From NCBI GenBank assembly GCA_036630325.1, contig CP142728.1:1-64000 (forward strand): a stretch of DNA of 64,000 bases. The letters run 5' to 3'. Shown in pieces: positions 53,561-64,000 of the stretch. The stretch comes from Vairimorpha necatrix (taxonomy: Eukaryota). The position numbers and the translations under genes were made by a program. The notes beneath the pieces were generated by a model, which was not told the origin of the DNA, searched no databases, and worked only from the letters and a program-made list of their open reading frames with translations. Each line of letters begins with the position of its first letter. The first letter of the stretch is position 1.

Positions 53561-55205
53561 ATTTTGAAGAAAATAAGCCCAAAGATAACTTTAATAAATA
53601 AATTATACATGAGATTTCTTTAAGATATTTTTTATTAAAAATTTTTATATTTGTTATCGCACAACGGGTTATTTTATACCATATATTTTGTTTCATACTT
53701 TAAATTTTTTCAAATCCTTAAAATATTTATATATATTTTCATTCTTTCCGATATTTTGATGCTGAAGATATGGTAATTTTTAACTTAAAATTTTATTAAA
53801 ACGATTTATATTCAGGTTGTAGTCCTTGCTAGCTTATTAATCGGGTTTGTTAGATTTTAATCTTTTGCATTCTTGTAATTTCTTCTTAAATATAGATACT
53901 TGTAGTGTTATAAAAAAATGTTTAAATTTATAAACAAAATAAATATGCTATTTTTGCTATTAGAATTTTATCATTTAGTTTTATCTTCATATTTTATATA
54001 TAGTTAAAAGCATTTTGAAAAAAATTTTATCTTGAATTCAAAAACCATTTTAAGTATTTAGATTTTTATTAATGTGCATACTAAGTGTACTGCATCTAGT
54101 TTTGAGTAGAATATTTTTTTTTTTCTTGAAAGATTTCTATCTTACTTTTATAAATGAGAGTACATATTTCTTCAAACTGTGAAAGTTTCGTTATTTAGAA
54201 AATTTTAGAAGATATTCAACCTGATTTATGGTTTTATTGAATATTACCGCTATTGGTCTTATTTACAAAACGAAAAAACCATAATACTTTTTTTTATGGT
54301 ATATTTGATTCTTTTTCTCTTATAAAAAATGTATATTTTGAATTTCTTTAACATATAGATAAATCTCATTTCTTTTGTTTTGTATTATCAATTTTCTTAC
54401 GCATATATATATATACACTTTGACAACGAGAAAGAAATTTTGAAGCGAAGATGTGAAAAAAACATCTAGTAATTATAAATATAGCAATTATATGACTAAT
54501 AACATTTTTTAATTCATTTTATTTGTTTGAATAAAAAGTATAAAGGTAAAAACCCATTTATAATGACTGTATAAATTTGCGAAAAAACTAAAAATCTTAG
54601 ACAATTATAAATAAAAAAATGTAGATGTGTAATCCAAGGATAAACTGAAAACTAGATAATTTAAGATGAAGCAGAAAGTATTGCCAAACTTTTGAAAAAA
54701 AAAATAAGAAATACTTTATGAATACCAATAGTCTAATTTTATATGTTATAAAATTAAAACAACCAAAATTATCAGATAAAATGCATGTGATCTTCTTAAA
54801 AACATAAAATAATGTAAAGCGATAGTAGAGTGAAACTAAATAATTAGAGATGTACTACAACCTTCGTAAATTAAGTAAATACAAGTAAAAAGACATATAG
54901 TGACTTGTTTATAATTTAAATGGCCATTTTTATATTAAGACATGATTTAAAGCTCCCGTTGTAATAGGCCAGGAAAAAAAACTGTAAACAAGAAACAAAC
55001 TGTATTTACATACTAAAAGGTCGTAAATTAAACGAAGTGCTTATATCTTCACTTTAGCGTATCTTTTGATTATAATTTTTTTGTAAAACATTTAAAAAAA
55101 GAGGTTTTGGTTCAATTGTGTTAATAGAAAAGTGCACAAAAAAGCTATTAAAAAATAATCACTTAATTTAAGATTATTAAAAACAATAGATAAAAAATAA
55201 CTTAG

Positions 55206-57395
55206 CTATTTATTTTTTTTTTGGTTTCCTAATATTTTTGATAAATCATTAAATAATTGTAAATTGTCATTTACAACATCGAAAATTATTTTCTCTCCCA
55301 AAAATTCTTTTAATTTCAAAATTATATCATTCCATTTTTGCTTTTCAAATTTGTCTTCAGAAAATTCATGTTTAAATAGTTCAATTAAGGCATGGTTGAA
55401 ATATTTTTTACATTTCGTTTGTATGTTTCCTGGTGTAATTTTTATAAAATTATATAAGAATTTATCTTTTAATTTGTCTTTATATTCGTTTATTGTTTTT
55501 TTATCTATATTCATCGAAATTAATTTCGATTCACAATTGCTATAGGATTTTTCAATCAAATCGATTCCTTCATTTAATAAATTGTTTTTCTCTGTTTCAT
55601 CATTATTATCATAAATATAATTATTTAGAATTTTATATCCAATATTATCCAAATCACTGTTACATAAATGTTTCGAATGTATTTCAATTAAACGATTTCT
55701 AGTTAATTCCTTTTCATCGTCGCTTTGCATATTTTCTTTTATTTTTTTAATTAAATTTTTATTGTCTTTTTCTATATTTATTGTATCTAGTTGCAAGCAT
55801 TTGATAACGCAATTCTTTTTAATATGGTAATTAGTAGAAAAAACATCGTTGTATATTTTCACATGTTGAGACACCGATAATAATGAAAAAGTATTACAAA
55901 TTTTTTTTTCAACCGCATTTTCATATTTATATTTATAGTTATTATGAACTTCTACTATTACGCTAAAAATTTTTACTAAATTATATTTTCGATTGTTACT
56001 ACTTATTTTTCCTTCTTTTTTATTGTTTTTTGTAGCAACAATATCACCAATATCTTTTATTATTTTAAATAGTGAATCATCGCTTACATCATTATCAATG
56101 ATATATTTCTCTGCTTCTAATATCAAGATTAATTTTAATAAATATAATTCAGTTTTATCTGAATTTTTAAACATTGCTGATAAATCTCTTATTACATGAA
56201 CCAAACTAATTTCACTGTCTTCTCTTTCACCGATCAAGAAAGATAGTGTATTTTTGTCTAATAATTTTTTATGTAACATTAGATGTAATAATATTAGATT
56301 TAAAGCCGATTTTTGTTTGTTAATAATTCTTCCAAGTAAGAATTCTATCTTATGGTTTATTTTCATCAATTTATAGAACAATTTAATTCCTGTCTTTATA
56401 TTTTTTTTATAACCAGTATCAAAGATTTTTTTGAATTCGGTAAAGCAACTAATGTTTATACGACTTTTATTATAATTATTCTTTATAGTATTATCTGTAT
56501 AGTAGAAACTTTCAGTGGCGTTAGATTTAAAGATTATTATTTTTTGAGTAATTCTAATTGAAAAATATTTACCCTTGTTGATTACTGCAATTTTATTAGC
56601 GGTCCAATTTATTTGTGTTGTACAATTAGTTATATAATATAAATTAAAATTTTTAGAAGATAAATTATACAAATCAATAAGTTTCTTAAATATTTGACAC
56701 TCATAATTATTTGGAATATTAACTTCTGCATTAACCAAATAATATAAATCATCAATGCAAAATGAGAAGAAAAAACAAATATTATCTATAACCATACGTA
56801 TACAAACATAATTCTTATTATCAAAGTAATCAATATAAAAGTAGATTGATGATAACGCCATTCTTCGTGACATTTCTTCGTTTTGATATTTTTTTCCATT
56901 AATGATTTTTTGTAAGAAATTATCTTGGTGACAAATATTAACATAGCAAATTTCAAAAGATTTTCTTTTGGTTCTTCGAAGAAGATTTTGTTTTTTAAGT
57001 TCTTCTATAATAATTTTAAATGTAGAAAAATTTATAAAATCATATCCGTCGTAAAAAAGTACAATTGAATGATTATAAACATCGTTTAAAATTTCTTCTA
57101 TGTTATATTCAATTTCTTTTATTATATCATTAGTATTTTTTTTTTCTAATTTAATATCAAAATTTCCTAAATTTGAATTATAATAAATATCATCATATAA
57201 ATCTGAAATTAGAAAATTAATCTTTTTATCACAATAAGAAGCATATATAATTATCTTTTTATTTTGTTTAGAAAAATCAAAGACTAAATAATCTCTATTT
57301 TTTATTTTCATCATAATTTTATTTTTAATTTTTTCATATAAAAACTGTTGGGATTGTATCAACACAATTATTGAAAATAATTTCATGATCTTCAT
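55206..57395 (-). CDS. Hypothetical protein, 729 aa, probably secreted (N-terminal signal-peptide-like segment)
   Basis: Uninterrupted 2.2-kb ORF in very AT-rich DNA; N-terminus MKIMKLFSIIVLIQSQ; CCC motif immediately upstream of the ATG; no recognised domain. Confidence 0.85.
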   Translation of the reverse strand: MKIMKLFSIIVLIQSQQFLYEKIKNKIMMKIKNRDYLVFDFSKQNKKIIIYASYCDKKINFLISDLYDDIYYNSNLGNFDIKLEKKNTNDIIKEIEYNIEEILNDVYNHSIVLFYDGYDFINFSTFKIIIEELKKQNLLRRTKRKSFEICYVNICHQDNFLQKIINGKKYQNEEMSRRMALSSIYFYIDYFDNKNYVCIRMVIDNICFFFSFCIDDLYYLVNAEVNIPNNYECQIFKKLIDLYNLSSKNFNLYYITNCTTQINWTANKIAVINKGKYFSIRITQKIIIFKSNATESFYYTDNTIKNNYNKSRINISCFTEFKKIFDTGYKKNIKTGIKLFYKLMKINHKIEFLLGRIINKQKSALNLILLHLMLHKKLLDKNTLSFLIGEREDSEISLVHVIRDLSAMFKNSDKTELYLLKLILILEAEKYIIDNDVSDDSLFKIIKDIGDIVATKNNKKEGKISSNNRKYNLVKIFSVIVEVHNNYKYKYENAVEKKICNTFSLLSVSQHVKIYNDVFSTNYHIKKNCVIKCLQLDTINIEKDNKNLIKKIKENMQSDDEKELTRNRLIEIHSKHLCNSDLDNIGYKILNNYIYDNNDETEKNNLLNEGIDLIEKSYSNCESKLISMNIDKKTINEYKDKLKDKFLYNFIKITPGNIQTKCKKYFNHALIELFKHEFSEDKFEKQKWNDIILKLKEFLGEKIIFDVVNDNLQLFNDLSKILGNQKKNK

Positions 57396-57425
57396 ATGGG
57401 TGGAGATTAATTTTTTTTTTATACA
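57396..57425 (-). promoter_or_regulatory. Microsporidian-type core promoter (A/T tract plus CCC motif next to ATG)
   Basis: Minus strand AAAAAAAAAATTAATCTCCACCCAT|ATG, the same layout as inside the mini-LTRs. Confidence 0.6.
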
Positions 57426-60400
57426 ATAATTAAATTAAATTAATGTAATAGATTCATCACTTATTTTTTAAAATTTTAAAACATATCATTTTATTTAAAT
57501 TTTTGTATTACTAAATTTTTTCCAAATTAAAATATATTTTATGAAAATATTTGACAGTTAACATAAAAATGCTAATAAATATACAAAAAATTTACATGTT
57601 ATCAAGAAAATGTCGAAAATGTATAGTTAATCAATTTTGACAAAAGAATTTAAAGCTTCAAATTAATTGTAATAAGTTAACTAAACTGTCAAAACACTCA
57701 TATCCCCAAAACGTCATGATGCGGTGTGTTAATTAAAAAATCTTTTTTTCTAATTTATAATTTTAATATTATATCTAAAAATACAAAGTATTTTTTACTT
57801 AAAAGTTTAAATATATGTAATCTATTGCTTAAAATGATGTCTTGCAAGACTTCATCTTTTAATTATAAATTAATTATTTTTTGGCTGAGATTATATTAGC
57901 AAAAAGTTTATAAGTACCAATTTTATATTTTTAACCTCTTGTTGCAAAATTAAAACAAAGAAAAAGAAATAAATTAAAGTCTGTTAAAATTTTCCCAATA
58001 ACAGTTTTTTTCGTTCTTCAAAAATAATAACAAACAAAAAAAAATCAATCATCTAATCCAAGAAAAAAATTACAGGTGAAGTGTTATTTTTAATTTTTTT
58101 GTATTTTCTTAAGAATCAATAATATTCAAATGCTATTTTTAAATGTTTAGAAACATTTTAAAAAATATAATCAGATTATGGGTCGAATATTTTTTTTGTT
58201 CATAATAAAGAAATTGAAATTTAAAAATTTTCTGTACATGGTTGAGGTATTATTTACCACATTATTTAATTTTATCTTGTTTATATCTCCAAGTAAATTT
58301 TCTAGAATAGATTTTGCTATAAATTTTTTCTCTTTATTTTACCACTACAAAAATAGACATAAACAGATGAATAAAAAGGAGAATCAGTCGAATAACTACG
58401 GGAGGTCGAGAAGAAACTTACCCCCTCTCAAGAGGATGGAGTATTACCCACACGGGAATACAAATAATTATAATTTAACTAAAACGAATTTAAAACCGGG
58501 AGAAGCATTCTTGAATGATATTTACAATATGGCCATCTCCTTATGGAAACACCACAATGGTATAAAAGGAACTAATAATAATACAATACATAGGTATTTA
58601 ATATATAACTCTACTTTTAAAGGATTTTTTTGTTTTATTTTTTATTTACCCCAACAACATTTCGTTTTGATCCTTCAAAAAAGTATGCTTATAAATTGTT
58701 ATTTATAAATTGTTTGAACCTAGTTACATAATCTTACATATAGCTTTAAGAAAATAAAATGGGAATTATTGGATAATAACAAGTTTACGTCTATATAAAT
58801 AAATTTAACACTTTTACTCACATTTCTTCGTAAGAATATTATTTTAATATTTACAAGCAGTTTCAGACAAGTATAAAGAAAAACATTATTATTTAAACAT
58901 TTTTTATTTATCATCTTTCTAATGTTTATAAACTTTAGTATTTAATCATATATATACATTTTGGGGTTAAAATATCAGATGTAGATTTCTTAACAGTAGT
59001 TTTTTTGATAAATTATATCAAAGACAAACTAAAAAATATCTATGTAAAACATTAAGTCAAAAAAAAAATGTACGCAAGAAATAATATATATTTTTCTGAG
59101 ACTTTAATTATAACAAATTAAAGATTTTTAAGTACAATTGAGAATTTTTCGACACAAATTTTATATTTAGAAAATACTTTGGCTCCCAATGCAAATAACA
59201 TCCTTTAATTGTTAAGTAGAGTCCTTTTTATATTATAAGTAGTTCATATTGTTTGATAGGTAGTTTTAGAATGTGGTAAAAGAATGATTGATTTAGATAG
59301 GCAAGCCGAATAATTTTAAAATTTATCTAAAGTACGTGTAAAAGTAAAAATGTTGGCAGAAAAACTGAAGTTGAAAAATTATTAATCGAAGAAATAAGTA
59401 CCATAGGAGAATAAATTTAAGGGGTTTTTGTTTTTATATGTTAAAATTGTCATAAAAATATGCGGGGAAGAAGAATATTTAGGATGTTTCTGTTTCTTTT
59501 GATTTATTCCTATTGAATGTGATTCTATTACCACTGCTCCTACTTGGCAGGCTTGTTTATATTAAAATAATATTCTAAAGAACACAAGATGATATTACAC
59601 AGAGCTTTCCGTTGTATAACAAAATAATTTTGTATATATAAATACTAAATCAGGCAGATGAGGGAATTCTAAAAAATTCCATAGTCAAAATATGTGGATC
59701 TCTATGCATTATTTAAATTTTTAACTTTTTTTATGATATAAAGATCTTATAATGTAATTTAACATTCCAAAAAAAGTCTGTTTTATATTATTTATTTTTT
59801 TATAACTGTGTTCTTCTTTGATTGTATAAAAGAGCATTTTATAAAATTTTGAATCGTATTTTTTTTACCATAGGTTTCTTCAAACTTTCTAAAAACAGAA
59901 TGTATTACATTTATTGACTTAAAAGTTTAAAATATATATAATTTCCTATGCTTATAAAATAATTTAAAAACCTAATTTGTAAGACATGAAAATTGAACTA
60001 TTTTAACAGATAATGGTATAAAACCCAAACAACTTTATTTTGAATATCACAATGTTGCCAGTTCTTTAATAAAAATATATTCATTTTTTAATCGTCTTTT
60101 GCTAATTAATAATTCAAGGCAGTATTGTCAGCAACTGATCATTGTAGTGGGTCTTCAGAAACAAATTATACTGTTTTATTTAAATAAAGAGCATCTTGTA
60201 GTTAATTGCTAATATACGATAATTAGTATCTATATTTAAATACTATCACTTTTAAATTGCCCCGTTCAGTTTTGTTCCAAAATCAAAATTAATCCTGAAA
60301 TAAAAAAAATTATAACAGATTTCTTTTGGATAAATTTCTTAAATTAAGTTTATCGTTAGTATTTTTTATATATAATGATATTTTTGCTTTAATTTTTAAG

Positions 60401-63400
60401 TCATCAAGCTATAAAGTAAAACCATTACCTGCTATTGAGTAAAAAATGAGAAACCTTGTACAAATTTTTAATCAACAAAATGCTTTCATTTATATTTGGC
60501 ACATTAAAATTAACAGTTATAAACTTATTCTTTTTTTTTCTATAATGTACTAAAGCTTAAATAATTATATTGGATTTCGTTAAATCATGTTTTTATTATT
60601 TGCGTTAACGTTTTACATTTACATATAACAAGGTAGAACATGAGATTTCTTAAGAAAATTAGCATTTTTATTATTAATATGCACTAAACTTTTTCAAATG
60701 AGTTTATCAGATTACTAATTCGTTTTTTTAGAACTTTTCTGCCAACACATAATCCAATATTTACTCTTTTTTGTACATATCTAAACACTAAAATTTTTTT
60801 TTGATTCTATGATTTTTATTTCTATTTGTTAAATTTGTCAGATATATATTATAGCTTTCAGCACATATAATTATATTTTTTGTTCCAGATAGTTTGATAT
60901 TACATTTAACTAAAATTTCAACGTAAAAAAATCAGTAATGACGTATTAAAAATTATACGATACAATCTTCTTTAGCTTTTTACGAATATACTTTATTTTT
61001 ATGGATTATTTTTATATAGTCGATCGATTTATACTGTGATGTTATAGAGAGTTTGTAATTATAGCAAGCAAAGACTTCGAATACTCATAATAATTTTATA
61101 CATTAATAAAAGTAACATTTATATATTTGCCACTTTTCAATATATACTTAATTTATAAAAAACTTAAAAATAGCAAATTTAAATAAATATAGTATACATA
61201 AAAATTTTTTCTTTTATTTATTTCATCAGTTTACGACATTATATATTTATCTAAATAATATGAACAATCTTCAATCATTTATTGTGTACAACCCAAGGTT
61301 GATTTCTTCGGTTTTGATATTTAGAACGAACTGATATCTATTGTAAACTTGCTTCTTATTAATTGTTATCATTTATCAACTAGATGTTTTATGTATCTTT
61401 TTAGATATTACATAATATAAAATTTTTTAAAAACCAAATTCCAATAAAATTTTAAATATTACAAAAACTGAGTACAAGAAATTCTTGATGTTTATAGTAC
61501 GTAGAACATTAAATTTGATCAAAATTCGATTTTTTTCTATTTTATGTGTTAAAAGCATAATATTGTGGCTGTAACTTAAGCTCAAACAGGGCCTAAATGA
61601 TGCTTAAATATTTCTAAATATGATAAATAATATTTACCCCGTCTTATATAAATAGAAAATGAAGAAAGTAAGAAAAGCAAATTGCAACAAATATATTTTG
61701 GAATTGTCTAATTTTCTTATAATATATTGGTAAAAATTCTTCATTTGTCATGTAAGATATACTTTATAGATATTATATTTCAAAATTCAAATACATATGA
61801 AATGGTGCTATTATATTAAGTGAAATTTAAGGATTTACTAATAATGCTAATAATTATAGTATGTATTTTTTGCATACATAGTTTAGCATATGTATTAATT
61901 CGAGAATATAATAGCTTTAAAATTACTTGTATTGTGTACATACTAACATAATGGCGACATGTAAAATTTTTTGCTTCAATAAAATTATGTAAGTAAAGAC
62001 TTTTTTCATATATACTGTGCAAAACTTATTCATAAAAATTTAATTTCATAGTTTCTATGACTAATTGGATGCATATTTAAGATTTTGGTAACCCTCTCTT
62101 TTTTCAGTAATCTATTTTTAAAGTTCAAATATTGATGAGAAAGTTGTGATGATAATATCAATTTCTACTAAAATCTCTTTTTAGCTTATAATTTTTTGAT
62201 AATAAACATCATATTATCTATATAAAAATTAGTCAATTCAAATTTAAAAAAGTATTGCGATAGAATATTTGGTAAATACATCTCAATAATAATAAATTCT
62301 TTAAAAAAACATTAGTCTACATTATATCAAATACGACTTTTAATCTTTTATAAAACGTGATAATTAAGTTTTGTCCTATTTTAATTACTATAAATAAATA
62401 TGAAATATTAGGAGTTATGTGTCTAGGAATATTATTATCCTAGAAATTGCATCTAAGTTCTGTTTAATATATATTGTAAGTTTATATTTTGATATTTGAT
62501 ATATTTATGCAAAATTCAATTTGTATGAATTAAATTTAGACTTTAAAACGTAAAAGGTATTTTACATAAAATAATTATAGATTTAAAACATCTGATTTAA
62601 ATTTTAAATATTAATCTGCTCTAATGCAATAATTACAATTTTAACTTACCATGTGCTGCTTTTTCTGCAAAATTTCATAGAAAAATCTTGATGTCTCATA
62701 GGACATTCAAAATGTAATGTTATAGCTAATTTACATTCTAAAAAATCTATTTTAAGTAAGATTAATGAAGCACGTAATACAAATTAATTATTTTACAATG
62801 CACATATATTTTAATGTCTAACTCCGCCGTGTTTACTAATTTTTAGATAAATAGTTTTTGTATAATCTTTTTATTTCGATTAAGTTTTTCAAGATCTTCT
62901 TTTTTAAAATATATCTATAAATAATATATCATACAAGATTAGGTTTTTGTTCTGTGTTTGGCTTAAAAATTGCTCTGTGAAATTATCCTTTGCTTTGAAC
63001 TATGGGCCATATTCAAGAAGATTCATAAAAAAAAATTTCTTTGACAACAATATGATTTGATATGTTTATGGTCAATACATTTAGACTTTGCATTCTTACA
63101 AAACATAAATGCCTTTTATTGTGAACCTGATGCATATTATTTTATTTTAATTAAATAAATTCTAAATATTGGTGTAGATCAATATTTTCTTTGCTCGATG
63201 TTTAAAATCAAACGAAAAATAAATGAACATTTACATAAAATATAAGATTATCTTACTTATTGATCTCAGATGTATTCTTACGTAATTTAATATAATGCTG
63301 CATAATAAATATCACTATCACAAGTAAATCTAAAATTTTATATTAAGCTATAAATCATTATCACTTAATGAATTAAAATACTATTTATAATTGTAAGAAT

Positions 63401-64000
63401 TGCATATGAATTTGTAATTATACTTATTTTATTGGTCAGAAATGCAATGTAAGTAATATAATTGAAAGCTTTTCACTTAAAACCTGAAAAGAGAAAAAAA
63501 ATATTTCCATTTTAAAATTAAGGTTATATTTTTATATAATTTACCAAAAATTTATACAATTAATATAATGATCATCAAACAATATCAGTAAAAAAAAATT
63601 ACGTTTATTCAATCTTAAGTTTTGTCAAGATATTCATAAGAATTTTCTTACATCTACCCATACATATAATGTTCTTAAAAAAATTATGTGCCAACTAATA
63701 AATTCCAAACGCTGATTGTTTGTTCATATTGTAGTATGTATATTTATATAGTTTATTTTAGTATAATTTTTGACTTACTAATCACATTTACAAGTTAAGT
63801 CACAATTTCTTCTGGCAGTTTCCGGAGTTCCTTCTAAAATCCTATATTGGGCTCTTGAATGCCCTTTCTAATCAGCCATGCTCATGTCTGATTGACATAG
63901 TATGACTTTTTTAAAGTCATTTAATCATTCTTGTTAAAATTAAAATGTAATATACCGAATTACTTTATATAGATAAAATTTAAATTTTACAAAAAATGTC

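Noticed and set aside
58178-58708. 176-aa ORF (and an RRWPY string on the opposite strand)
   Set aside because: No recognisable domain or CCC start context; composition is like AT-rich noise around a possibly decayed repeat.

Overview
Very AT-rich, gene-poor eukaryotic chromosome end. It is probably microsporidian; this is an inference from CCC motifs just 5' of start codons, a TTAGG-like telomere and extreme compaction of the mobile elements. Bases 1-1116 are a telomeric array mixing CCTAA and CCTA units. The main content is a set of very compact Ty3/Gypsy-type LTR retrotransposons. Four are young (5108-8290, 12815-15890, 38468-42011, 42665-45806), with identical LTR pairs of only 49, 38, 70 and 49 bp and perfect 5-bp TSDs. 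One is decayed (1282-4449) and one is a 728-bp internally deleted copy (32228-32955). In each young element the mini-LTR carries an AT-rich tract, a CCC motif and the gag-pol start codon. The PBS abuts the LTR with no spacer and is translated in frame, and the ORF ends near the PPT or inside the 3' LTR. Three of the four young elements have a Gag zinc knuckle, RT, RNase H and integrase but no recognisable aspartic protease; the fourth has a protease but no zinc knuckle. Most ORF breaks fall in homopolymers and look like consensus errors. The rest of the window holds one long intact host-type gene (729 aa, probably secreted), 3' fragments of a probable RLE-type non-LTR retrotransposon, a foldback element, a Helitron-like 3' end, a tRNA-like relic, a dispersed ~100-120-bp repeat and paralogous pseudogenes. 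All calls were made by eye; no database searches were run.
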